Positions 18,934 through 27,928 are shown, numbered from the stretch's first letter. The stretch: DNA of 64,000 nucleotides from an uncultured delta proteobacterium (GCA_963727445.1 CAVSGI010000021.1:384001-448000), one strand, 5' to 3'. Numbers and translations: made by a program. Notes: generated from the letters alone by a model not told the origin.

Positions 18934-21641
18934 CCATCCAGCTCAGAGTCGACGGTATCGACGTGGAGGTCGAGGAGGGCGCGTCCATCCTCGACGCAGC
19001 GCGCAGGGCCGAAAAGAACGTTCCGACCCTCTGTCAGTCCGACGCCCTGAAGGACTACGGCGCCTGCCGCATGTGCCTGGTGGAGGCGAACGGGCGGACG
19101 GTGGCCAGCTGTCACACGCCGGCGGCGGCGGGGATGGAGGTCACCACCGAGTCCGAGCAGCTCGCGCGGGTGCGCCTCAACATCATGGAGCTGATCGTCA
19201 GCGACCATCCGCTCGACTGTCTCGGCTGCGCGGCGAACAACCGCTGTGAGCTGCAGTCGACTGCCGCCGAGGTGGGCTTTCGCAAGGTTCGCTACCCCGA
19301 GGTGGCGCAGCACAGCCCGGCGCCCGACTTCTCTCACCCGTTCCTGAAGCTCGACATGGACAAGTGCATCGCGTGCGCGCGTTGCGTGCGCGTCTGTGAC
19401 GAGGTGCAGGGGAGCTTCATCCTGGGGATGGAGGGGCGCGGTTGGGACCTGCGCGTCATCTCGGGTAACGCGCAGTCCATGGCGGACGCCGACTGCACGA
19501 GCTGCGGTGCGTGCGCGGTGGAGTGCCCGGTGGGTGCGATCATGGATCGCGCCGAGGTGGCGCTCGGGGTGCCCGACGCGGTGACGACGACCACCTGCGC
19601 GTACTGTGGCGTGGGCTGCACCCTCGACGTGCACACCAAGGGAGAGCGCGTGGTGATGATCACGCCGAACCCGAACGGCTCGGCGAACCACGGCCACGCG
19701 TGCGTGAAGGGCCGCTTCGCCCACGAGTACGCGCGCTCGCCGGAGCGCATTCAGAGTCCGATGCTGCGCCAGGAGGACGGGAGCTTCGCGCCGATCGGGT
19801 GGGACGAAGCGCTCGAGATGGTCGCGAAGAAGCTCGAAGGCGTGGTGAAGGAGCACGGGCCACGGGCTTTCGCGGGGATCTCCTCGTCGCGCTGCACCAA
19901 CGAGGAGAACTACCTCTTTCAGAAGTTCATCCGCACCGTGGTGGGCACCAACAGCGTCGACAATTGCTCGCGCGTCTGCCACAGCCCGAGCGCCTTCGGC
20001 CTGAACAAGGCGCTGGGGACGGGGGCCGGCACGAACAGCTTCGAAGACATCGAGCACACGGACTGTGTGATGCTGGTGGGCGCGAACCCGACCGAGGCGC
20101 ATCCGGTCTACGGCGCGCGGATCCGGCAGGCGGTGCTGGGCGGCGCGAAGCTGATCGTGCTCGACCCGCGCAAGACGGAGCTGGCGCGGCTCGCGAACGT
20201 GCACATCTCGCTGAATCCGGGCAGCAACGTCGCGGTGATCAACGCGATGCAGAACGTGCTCCTCGAGGAGGGGCTCGTCGACGAGAAGTTCGTCCGCGAG
20301 CACACGGAGGGCTTCGAGAAGTATCGCGAGGAGATGAAGGACCAGACGCCCGAGTGGGCGGAAGAGATCAGCGGCGTGCCGGCCGATCAGATCCGCGAGG
20401 CGGCGCGGCTCTTCGCGAGCGTCGACCGCGCGCTGATCCTCTGGGGGCTCGGCGTGACCGAGGCGGCGCACGGGAGCAACGCCGTCTTCGGGCTGGTGAA
20501 CATCGGGTTGATGACTGGGAACATGGGGCGCCTCGGGACCGGAACCAATCCGATCCGCGGGCAGAACAACGTGCAGGGCGCCTCCGACATGGGCGCGCTG
20601 CCCAACGTCTTCACCGACTACCGTCCGGTCACCGATCCGGTCGCGCGCGAAGAGCATCTCGCCGTCTGGGGCAAGGAGCCGCCGTCGGACAAGGGGCTGC
20701 GCATCCCCGACATGTTCGACGCGTGCCATGAGGGACGGCTCAAGGCGATGTGGATCACCGCCGAGGACGTGGTGCAGTCCGACCCGAACACCGAGCACGT
20801 CGTGGGCGCGCTCGAGAAGCTGGATTTCCTGATCGTGCAGGAGATCTTCATGAGCGAGACGGCGAAGATCGCGCATCTCGTGTTGCCGGGCGCGACACAC
20901 CTCGAGAAGAACGGGACCTTCGTGAACTCGGATCGGCGCATCCAGCGCGTGCGCGCGGCGATCCCGCCGATGAAGGGCACGATGCCCGACGGCGACATCT
21001 ACCAGCTGGTGGCGGAGCGCATGGGCGCGGACCTCGGCTTCGGAACGCCGCCCGATCCAGCGAAGGTGATGGACGAGATCGCGGCGCTCTCACCGCTCTG
21101 GCGTGGTGTGAGCTACGCGCGGATCGAGGCGCCGGGGTCGTTCTTGCAGTGGCCGTGCACCAGCGCCGAGCATCCGGGCACGGCGATCGTTCACGAGGGC
21201 GGAGAGTTCTTGCGGGGCAGGGCGCTCTTCACGCCGACGCCGTGGCAGCCGCCCGCCGAGCTTCCCGACGCGGAGTATCCGTTCTTCCTGACCACGGGCC
21301 GCCAGCTCTTCCACTACAACGTCGGCACCCAGACGCGCCGCACGGCGGTGGTCGAGCTCACCAAGGCCGAAAAGGAGCGCGTGCGCCTTCACCCCAAGGA
21401 CGCGCGTCGCCTCGACATCCGCAATGGCGAGATGGTCCGCGTCGTCAGCCGCCGCGGATTCGTCGAAGTCGAAGCCGAGGTCACCAAGGCCACCAAGCCC
21501 GGCACTGTCTTCATGACCTTCCACTTCCCCGAGACCCGCACCAACCTCCTGCTCTCCTCCGCCGCCGACGAATACACCGGCTGCCCCGAGTACAAAGTCA
21601 GCGCCGTCCGCCTGGAAAAGCCCCCCCTAGCCGCCCAGTAA
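18930..21641 (+). CDS. fdhF: Formate dehydrogenase alpha subunit (molybdopterin, FdsA/FdhF family)
   Basis: ATGA overlap with the upstream gene; CRMCLVE, HPLDC..C, CIACARC, CTSCGAC, CAYCGVGC, active-site RVCH, RGQNNVQG, C-terminal PEYKVSAV. Confidence 0.93.
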   Translation: MTIQLRVDGIDVEVEEGASILDAARRAEKNVPTLCQSDALKDYGACRMCLVEANGRTVASCHTPAAAGMEVTTESEQLARVRLNIMELIVSDHPLDCLGCAANNRCELQSTAAEVGFRKVRYPEVAQHSPAPDFSHPFLKLDMDKCIACARCVRVCDEVQGSFILGMEGRGWDLRVISGNAQSMADADCTSCGACAVECPVGAIMDRAEVALGVPDAVTTTTCAYCGVGCTLDVHTKGERVVMITPNPNGSANHGHACVKGRFAHEYARSPERIQSPMLRQEDGSFAPIGWDEALEMVAKKLEGVVKEHGPRAFAGISSSRCTNEENYLFQKFIRTVVGTNSVDNCSRVCHSPSAFGLNKALGTGAGTNSFEDIEHTDCVMLVGANPTEAHPVYGARIRQAVLGGAKLIVLDPRKTELARLANVHISLNPGSNVAVINAMQNVLLEEGLVDEKFVREHTEGFEKYREEMKDQTPEWAEEISGVPADQIREAARLFASVDRALILWGLGVTEAAHGSNAVFGLVNIGLMTGNMGRLGTGTNPIRGQNNVQGASDMGALPNVFTDYRPVTDPVAREEHLAVWGKEPPSDKGLRIPDMFDACHEGRLKAMWITAEDVVQSDPNTEHVVGALEKLDFLIVQEIFMSETAKIAHLVLPGATHLEKNGTFVNSDRRIQRVRAAIPPMKGTMPDGDIYQLVAERMGADLGFGTPPDPAKVMDEIAALSPLWRGVSYARIEAPGSFLQWPCTSAEHPGTAIVHEGGEFLRGRALFTPTPWQPPAELPDAEYPFFLTTGRQLFHYNVGTQTRRTAVVELTKAEKERVRLHPKDARRLDIRNGEMVRVVSRRGFVEVEAEVTKATKPGTVFMTFHFPETRTNLLLSSAADEYTGCPEYKVSAVRLEKPPLAAQ

Positions 21642-21785
21642 CGGGGACGGTCTACACTTTTCAACTTTCCCCCCAACCCTCTCGGCGGCCCCACGCTCCG
21701 GGCGCCCCTCAGAAGCGCCCCAACGGGGACGGTCTACACTTTTCAACTTTCCCCCCCCGCTCCGGGCGCCCCTCAGAAGCGCCCC
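21640..21785. repeat. Two tandem copies of a 35-bp repeat (core GGGGACGGTCTACACTTTTCAACTTTC), each followed by an identical 28-bp segment
   Basis: AACGGGGACGGTCTACACTTTTCAACTTTCCCCCC at 21640-21674 and 21722-21756; CGCTCCGGGCGCCCCTCAGAAGCGCCCC at 21694-21721 and 21758-21785. Confidence 0.95.
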
Positions 21786-22702
21786 TGCACGCCGAGCCCA
21801 GCGACGTACCGCCCCACGATCGGCGTCACCCGAGCCGTCGGCGTGCTCCCGTCCGGCATCAGCCCCAGGTCGTATCTCTCCCACGCGCGCTCGTAGGGAG
21901 ACTCGATGAACGAGAGCGCGCCCATCATCGCGCCACCGATCGCCAGCCCGCCCCCCGTCACCAGCCCGATGGTTCGCGGCTCCTCGCGGTCCTCGAGCGC
22001 GCTCACGCCCATCGCGATGCCTCCGCCCAGCGCCAGGGCAAAGCCCGCCACGATCGAGATGTAGCGCGCGAGGCGGCTCACCTCTGCCATCGCCCGAAAC
22101 TCGCCTTCGAAGCGTCCGAGCGTCCGCGCGTCGAGCCCGCGCTCGCGCGCCGCCGCGAAGCGCGCGTAGAGCTCCTCGGCCGGCGTCTCGGCGGCGAAGT
22201 TGTAGATTCCGATGCCGACGCTCATCGCGCCAATCGCGATCATGGCAGCGCTCAAGCCGAGGGTCGCCTGCCGGCTACCGATCGTGAGCGTGTCGTCGGC
22301 CACGAACCACACGCCTATCCCCACCAGCGCGGCTCCCGCGACGATGCCGAGCGGCGCCGCGATGTAGCGGAGGACCCGCGCGCTTCCGTCGAAGGAGCCG
22401 AGCCAGGCGTCGAGGCGCGCGACGTCGACGTTTGTGAAGGCGGGCGAGAGCGTCATGCCGGCAACGGGCGGCGGCGGCGCCGGAGCGACTTCCTGCCCCG
22501 CCGGCGGCGGCATGGGGATCTCGTCCGCGTTCGAAGGTGCCACCTCCGCTTCGACCGACGAATCTGGCGGCGCTCCGCCCCCGCCCTCCTCGGCTGCGTC
22601 CCCACTCGCGTCGACCGTTTCCCCCGGCGGCTGTGCAGAGGCGCGAGCGGCCCATGCCGAGAGGAGCAAAGAACACGCGAGGAGAGCAGCGATCCGAGGC
22701 AT
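21773..22702 (-). CDS. Hypothetical secreted/membrane protein with Gly-rich hydrophobic segments and terminal Phe
   Basis: Signal peptide MPRIAALLACSLLLSAWAARASA-Q; Pro-rich linker; four hydrophobic segments; ends YVAGLGVQGRF. Confidence 0.7.
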   Translation of the reverse strand: MPRIAALLACSLLLSAWAARASAQPPGETVDASGDAAEEGGGGAPPDSSVEAEVAPSNADEIPMPPPAGQEVAPAPPPPVAGMTLSPAFTNVDVARLDAWLGSFDGSARVLRYIAAPLGIVAGAALVGIGVWFVADDTLTIGSRQATLGLSAAMIAIGAMSVGIGIYNFAAETPAEELYARFAAARERGLDARTLGRFEGEFRAMAEVSRLARYISIVAGFALALGGGIAMGVSALEDREEPRTIGLVTGGGLAIGGAMMGALSFIESPYERAWERYDLGLMPDGSTPTARVTPIVGRYVAGLGVQGRF

Positions 22703-22766
22703 GACCCGACGTGTAGCAGCGACGCAGCAGCCGTCCACGCGACCGCCGGTGTGGCATCCTGCGCCC

Positions 22767-23816
22767 ATGCGTCGCCCGCGCGCCACGATCGCGTTGCTTT
22801 CGCTGCTGCCCCTTCTCGGCGTGTCCGCGTGCGGGGACGATCAGAGCGCCCCCGGGACCGAATCGCCGGCCGCGTCGGATCAAGAGTTGCCCCCCGCTGA
22901 CGAAACGCCCGCGGAGCCATCGCCAACCCCGCCACCGGAGCCGACCGCCGACGCGCCCTCCAACCCCGAGCCGGCCTCCGAGTCGCCCACCCTCGACAGC
23001 GCCCAGGCCATTCGCGCCGCCCTCATCGCTGCGCGACCGTCTCCCGCTGCCGTCTGGGCGCTCACCGATCCCGACCGCGGTCTGGATCTCGACTTCAACT
23101 GGGCCGTCGGCCATTTCGTTTACACCGCGTGCAGCACCGAGGACCTCGCGACCTGGCGTGAGTGGGCGCGCGAAGACGGGCTCTCCTTCTACCGCATCGC
23201 CGAGAGCGATCCGTTTCAGTGCACGTCCGACCTATCGCTCTGCGCGTCGTGCCCCGAGGACATCTCCACCTGCGAGCGCGGCAGCGTCTTCGAGCTCGCG
23301 ACCGATGGCGACGGGCGGCGCTATCTCTACGGCGTGATCATGGCGCCCGCGCGCTCGGAGGCGCTGTGGGATCTGACGCCGACGACGCTCGAGGGCGCAC
23401 GCCGCGCTCGGGTCGATCTCGGCTCCGCTGCTGAGACGGGTGCGAAGTGCGCGATTCGCAATCAATTGCTCGGAGGCGATATCGATTCGCTGTGGGTCGA
23501 GCACGTGCCCGGCGCGGGTGCGCGCGAGGTGCGTCACCTCGAGGGTGATGAGGCGCGAGACTTCGCGCGCGACCTCGGGGCGCGCTTCGGCCTGTCCGCG
23601 TATTGTCTCGCGGAGAATTGCGTCGCGGCGGGCGACGAGGGCGAGCTCTTCGGCGTGTACTACCGACGCGGGCGTCGGCGTCGGCGTCGTCCGCCTCCGG
23701 CGCCACAGCTGACACTCGTCACGTACGGACCGGCTGCGTGCGAGGGGTGCGCGCCGGAGCCGTCGGCGGAGGTGCGACGTGAGGCGCGGCGCCGGCGCAG
23801 ACGACGACGGAGGTAG
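22767..23816 (+). CDS. Hypothetical Cys-containing lipoprotein with Arg-rich tail
   Basis: MRRPRATIALLSLLPLLGVSA-C lipobox; Pro/Glu linker; paired Cys residues. Confidence 0.65.
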   Translation: MRRPRATIALLSLLPLLGVSACGDDQSAPGTESPAASDQELPPADETPAEPSPTPPPEPTADAPSNPEPASESPTLDSAQAIRAALIAARPSPAAVWALTDPDRGLDLDFNWAVGHFVYTACSTEDLATWREWAREDGLSFYRIAESDPFQCTSDLSLCASCPEDISTCERGSVFELATDGDGRRYLYGVIMAPARSEALWDLTPTTLEGARRARVDLGSAAETGAKCAIRNQLLGGDIDSLWVEHVPGAGAREVRHLEGDEARDFARDLGARFGLSAYCLAENCVAAGDEGELFGVYYRRGRRRRRRPPPAPQLTLVTYGPAACEGCAPEPSAEVRREARRRRRRRRR

Positions 23817-23822
23817 AGCGCC

Positions 23823-23849
23823 GAAAGTTGAAAAGTGTAGACCGTCCCC
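23823..23849 (-). repeat. Third, inverted copy of the 27-bp intergenic repeat
   Basis: GAAAGTTGAAAAGTGTAGACCGTCCCC is the exact reverse complement of 21643-21669. Confidence 0.95.
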
Positions 23850-25346
23850 TTAGGGGATGGTCCAGGTGGTGCCTTCGGGGGAGTCGAGGAGCTCGACGCC
23901 GAGGGCGGTGAGGTCGGCGCGGAGGGTGTCGGCTTTTTCGAAGTCCTTGGCGGCGCGGGCGGCGGCGCGGGCGGCGATCTTTTCTTCGACGAGGGCGGCG
24001 TCGACGCCTTTGGCGGCGGCGCGGCGGTCGCGGATGCCGAGCAGAACGCCGTCGGCGTCCTTCTGGCCGAGGCCGGTCTCGGCCTCGAGGCGCGAAAAGC
24101 CTGCCTTCGCTGCCTCGACCCAGCTCGTCGCGACCTTGCCCTTCTTGCCCTTCGCCTTTTCGGCCAGCTCGTTCACCGCCTTCAAGAACGCGTTCACCTC
24201 GGCGAGGGCCGCCGGGAAGTTCAGGTCCTCGTCGAGCACGGCCGTGAGCTTCTCACCGAACTTCGCGAGCTCCTCCGGCACAGCCTCGTCCTTGTCGACG
24301 ATGCGCCCCGCCGGGATCTGCGACAGCCGCTTCTTGGCGTTGTAGAGATACTCGACGCGCCGCTCCGCCTCCTCGAACTGCGGGAAGCCCGTGATGTTGC
24401 CCTCGTCGTCCACCGTCCAGTCGAGGTTCAGCGGCGCGCGGTAGTGGCTCGTCATGTTGAACCAACGCACCGCCTCGGGGTCCACGCGCTTGTAGAGCTC
24501 CCGCGCCGTGAAGAAGTTGCCGAGGCTCTTCGACATCTTCTCCTTGTTCACCTCGATGAAGCCGTTGTGCACCCAGAAGCGCGCCATCTGCTTGCCGGTC
24601 GCGGCTTCGCTCTGCGCGATCTCGTTCTCGTGATGCGGAAACACCAGGTCGAGCCCGCCGCCGTGCAGGTCGAAGCTCTCCCCCAGGTGCGTCATGCTCA
24701 TCGCCGAGCACTCGATGTGCCACCCCGGTCGTCCCGGCCCCCATGGGCTCGGCCAGCTCGGGTCCCCTTCGGTCGCCGCCTTCCACAACGCGAAGTCCGC
24801 CGGGTTCTCCTTCTTGGCGAGCTCTGCGTCGCTCGTCCGCCCGCTCGCCCCACTCTCGTGGTCTTCCATCTTACGGTGGCTGAGCTTGCCGTACTCGGGG
24901 AACGCCGACACCCGGAAGTACACGTCGCCTCCCGACTCGTAGGCGGCGCCCTTGTCGATGAGCTTCTGAATCAGCTCGTGGATCTGCGTCAGGTGCTCGC
25001 TCACCCGCGGCTCGATGTCGGGGTCGACGTTGCCGACCGCCCGCATGTCTTCCTGGTACGCCTTCTCGAATCGCTTCGCGAGCTCGGTCGGCTCTTCACC
25101 GTTTTCCTTGCTGCGCTTGATGATCTTGTCGTCGATGTCGGTGACGTTGCGGACGAAGGTGACCTTCATGCCGTTCGCCCTCAGGTGGCGGACCAACAGG
25201 TCGTAGACCGTCGCCGACCGGACGTGCCCCAGGTGGGCGTAGTCATAAACCGTCGGCCCACAGTAGTAGACCCTGGCGTGGCCCGGCTCGGCCGTCTCGA
25301 AAGGCTCCTTCTTGCTCGTCAGGGTGTTGTAGAGGCGCAAAGTCAT
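23850..25346 (-). CDS. cysS: Cysteine--tRNA ligase
   Basis: LRLYNTL, YYCGPTVYDYAHLGH, NVTDIDDKII, DFALWK, GRPGWHIECSAM, HGGGLDLVFPHHENE, KMSKS. Confidence 0.98.
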   Translation of the reverse strand: MTLRLYNTLTSKKEPFETAEPGHARVYYCGPTVYDYAHLGHVRSATVYDLLVRHLRANGMKVTFVRNVTDIDDKIIKRSKENGEEPTELAKRFEKAYQEDMRAVGNVDPDIEPRVSEHLTQIHELIQKLIDKGAAYESGGDVYFRVSAFPEYGKLSHRKMEDHESGASGRTSDAELAKKENPADFALWKAATEGDPSWPSPWGPGRPGWHIECSAMSMTHLGESFDLHGGGLDLVFPHHENEIAQSEAATGKQMARFWVHNGFIEVNKEKMSKSLGNFFTARELYKRVDPEAVRWFNMTSHYRAPLNLDWTVDDEGNITGFPQFEEAERRVEYLYNAKKRLSQIPAGRIVDKDEAVPEELAKFGEKLTAVLDEDLNFPAALAEVNAFLKAVNELAEKAKGKKGKVATSWVEAAKAGFSRLEAETGLGQKDADGVLLGIRDRRAAAKGVDAALVEEKIAARAAARAAKDFEKADTLRADLTALGVELLDSPEGTTWTIP

Positions 25347-25410
25347 GAGGCGGCACTTGTAACGCACGCCCCCCACCTTGGCCACCCACGGACCGTGTAA
25401 GCTCGGACCC

Positions 25411-26073
25411 ATGAGCGAAGAGCGGCGCTTCGCATACCTCCACGGCTTCGCCTCCAGCCCCAGCTCCAAGAAGGGGCTCGCGCTGAGGCACCGTTTCGCT
25501 CAGCGGGGCGTGACGCTCGAGCTCCCCGATCTCAATCAACCCAGCTTCGAAGAGATCAGCCACGACGCCTGCCTCGGTGCCCTCGACGCCATGGATCGCA
25601 TGCAGGCCCAGGACACCGGCGCCCGCTGGTGCCTCATCGGTTCGAGCTTCGGAGGCTGGCTCGCCGCCCGGTGGGCCGAGCTCCATCCCGAACGCGTCGA
25701 GCGCATGGTGCTCCTTTGTCCGGGCTTCGATCTCGCGCAGCGCTGGCCCGAGATCCTCGGCGGCGAGCAGATGGCGAAGTGGGGCACCGAGGGCCACCTC
25801 TACATGCAGGACGCGACCGGCACCTACGCGCCCGTTCACTACGGCTTCTACGTCGAGGCGCTGCGGCAGCCCGGCCGCCCCCGAGTCCCCTGCCCGACCC
25901 TCATCATCCACGGCACCCGCGACGAGGTGGTCCCCATCACCTCCTCACGAGACTACGCGGCGGCCCACGGGCTGCCGCTGCTCGAGGTCGACGACGATCA
26001 CGGGCTCGCCGCCTCCGTCGACCGTATCGCAGCAGCTACTTTCGACCACTTCGGTTTGGGCGCGAGCACTTGA
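25411..26073 (+). CDS. YqiA/YcfP-family alpha/beta hydrolase (esterase)
   Basis: YLHGFASSPSSKK, GSSFGG nucleophile elbow, HGTRDEVVP, DDDH. Confidence 0.88.
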   Translation: MSEERRFAYLHGFASSPSSKKGLALRHRFAQRGVTLELPDLNQPSFEEISHDACLGALDAMDRMQAQDTGARWCLIGSSFGGWLAARWAELHPERVERMVLLCPGFDLAQRWPEILGGEQMAKWGTEGHLYMQDATGTYAPVHYGFYVEALRQPGRPRVPCPTLIIHGTRDEVVPITSSRDYAAAHGLPLLEVDDDHGLAASVDRIAAATFDHFGLGAST

Positions 26074-26178
26074 AGAGGCGCCTGGCATCACCGCCGGTGG
26101 CTCCCAACGTGACCACTTCGTGACGGCCCCTCACCTCGAATTGTCACGTCTTTTCGCCAGACCCACCGCCGGCCGCAC

Positions 26179-26195
26179 TCGGCACGCCGTTCGCA
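26179..26195 (+). promoter_or_regulatory. Putative sigma54 promoter upstream of the PP2C gene
   Basis: TCGGCACGCCGTTCGCA: GG(26181)-N10-GC(26193). Confidence 0.55.
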
Positions 26196-26213
26196 AACTC
26201 ACGGTCCAAGCTT

Positions 26214-26963
26214 GTGGAGGATGCCGTGAAGTCTCGAGGTTTCGGACAGACGCACATCGGGGGACGAGAAAACAACGAGGACGCGCTCCTCGTCGCTGAG
26301 AAACTCGGCCTCTACGTCGTCGCGGACGGGATGGGCGGCTACGAGGGAGGCGAGATCGCCTCCCAGATGACCGTCGAAGGTCTCCACCGCTTCTACGACA
26401 TCGTGGGGCCCGACGGAGAGGTCGGCATGACCACGCCCGGCTCCGGGGACCGCACGGTCGCCGAAGACATGATGCGCCTCGCGATCCGTCAGGCCAGCCA
26501 CGACATCGAGAAGATGCGCCACGGCCGTCTCGAGTCGATGGGCTCCACCGTCGCCGCGGTGCTCCTTCGCCAGGACAAGGCGCTCATCGCTCACGTTGGT
26601 GACAGCCGCGTCTATCGCATGCGGCGCGGCGTCCTCGAGCGCATGACGCGCGATCATTCGCTCTACGCGGAGCTCGAGGAGGCCGGCGTCGTCTCCGTGG
26701 GCAGCCTCGCCAGCCGCAACGTGATCACCCGTGCGGTCGGTGTTCCCGGATACGCAGTGCCCGACGTCCGCATCGTCGACACCCGGCCCGGCGACACTTT
26801 CTTGATGTGCAGCGACGGCCTCACCGACGACGTCCCCGACGGCGACATCGCCGAGGTACTCGCCGCCTTCGAGCCGAAGCTCGCCGCCGAGCAGCTCGTC
26901 CAGCGCGCCTGGCTCGCAGGCGCGTCGGACAACATCACCTGCGTCGTCGCCCGCGTCTGCTGA
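26214..26963 (+). CDS. PP2C/PPM-family Ser/Thr protein phosphatase
   Basis: RENNED, VADGMGG, HVGDSRVY, TRDHS, NVITRAVG, CSDGLT, DNIT. Confidence 0.94.
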   Translation: MEDAVKSRGFGQTHIGGRENNEDALLVAEKLGLYVVADGMGGYEGGEIASQMTVEGLHRFYDIVGPDGEVGMTTPGSGDRTVAEDMMRLAIRQASHDIEKMRHGRLESMGSTVAAVLLRQDKALIAHVGDSRVYRMRRGVLERMTRDHSLYAELEEAGVVSVGSLASRNVITRAVGVPGYAVPDVRIVDTRPGDTFLMCSDGLTDDVPDGDIAEVLAAFEPKLAAEQLVQRAWLAGASDNITCVVARVC

Positions 26964-27019
26964 TAGCAGCTCAGTCCGCGCTACGAGTCGGCTCGAAGTG
27001 ACGTGCTAGGGTCGTCCGC

Positions 27020-27904
27020 GTGATGGATCGACCGAAAGAGAAGCTCCGCGTTGCCGCCGTCCAGATGGACGTCGTCCCGGGTGACCTGAACGCCAACCGC
27101 GACGCCCATCTCGCGCGCATCGCCGAAGCACGGCGTGCCGGGGTCGACGTGCTGGTCTTCCCCGAGCTCTCGCTGACCGGCTACGGCATCGCCGCGCGCG
27201 CCTGGGAGGTGGCGATCCCCCTCGAGCATCCGCTCCTTTCGGAGTTGGCGGACGCGGCAAAGGGCATGGTCGTCATCGTCGGATTCGTCGAGGAGGGCTA
27301 TGCCGCCCAGTTCTTCAACGCGTGCGCGGTGCTGAAGGACGGCGCCGTCTCTTTCGTCCATCGCAAGCTGAACCTCCCGACCTACGGCGACATGGACGAA
27401 GGCAAGCACTTCGCGGCCGGACGCTACGTCGAGGCCTTCTCCGTCGGCTCCCCCTGGGTGGGCGCCTGCCTCATCTGCTCCGACCTGTGGAACCCGGGCC
27501 TGGTACATCTCGCCGCGCTCCACGGCGCCACGGTGCTCTTCGTCCCGACCAACTCCTCCCGCGATCCCGGCCGCGGCACCGTCGCCAAGCCCGATTGCTG
27601 GGACGTCTTCCTGCGCCACTACTCGCTCATCTACGGCCTTCCCATCGTCTTCACCAATCGCATCGGGACCGAGGGCGACTACGAGTTCTGGGGCGGCTCT
27701 CGCATCCTCGATCCCCACGGTCAGGCCATCGCAGCCGCCTCGGGCACCGAGGAGACGATGCTCGTCGCGGAGCTCGACTTCGCCGCCGTCAAGCGTGCGC
27801 GTTTCGAGCTCCCGACGGTCCGCGACTCGAACCTCTCGCTCATCCACCGCGAAGTGGATCGGCTCATCCACAACATCGGCGTGCCGACCGTGGTTCGATC
27901 CTGA
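27020..27904 (+). CDS. Carbon-nitrogen hydrolase (nitrilase superfamily)
   Basis: Catalytic triad motifs FPELSLTGY, HRKLNLP, LICSDLW; FWGGSRILDP. Confidence 0.9.
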   Translation: MMDRPKEKLRVAAVQMDVVPGDLNANRDAHLARIAEARRAGVDVLVFPELSLTGYGIAARAWEVAIPLEHPLLSELADAAKGMVVIVGFVEEGYAAQFFNACAVLKDGAVSFVHRKLNLPTYGDMDEGKHFAAGRYVEAFSVGSPWVGACLICSDLWNPGLVHLAALHGATVLFVPTNSSRDPGRGTVAKPDCWDVFLRHYSLIYGLPIVFTNRIGTEGDYEFWGGSRILDPHGQAIAAASGTEETMLVAELDFAAVKRARFELPTVRDSNLSLIHREVDRLIHNIGVPTVVRS

Positions 27905-27928
27905 GCTGGCCATAGTAGACTGGGCGCG

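Noticed and set aside
19960..19990. Selenocysteine in formate dehydrogenase
   Set aside because: The active-site codon is TGC (Cys, RVCH), with no in-frame TGA.
21640..21785. CRISPR array
   Set aside because: There are only two tandem repeats, the spacer duplicates adjacent DNA, an inverted solo copy lies 2 kb away, and there is no cas gene or leader.
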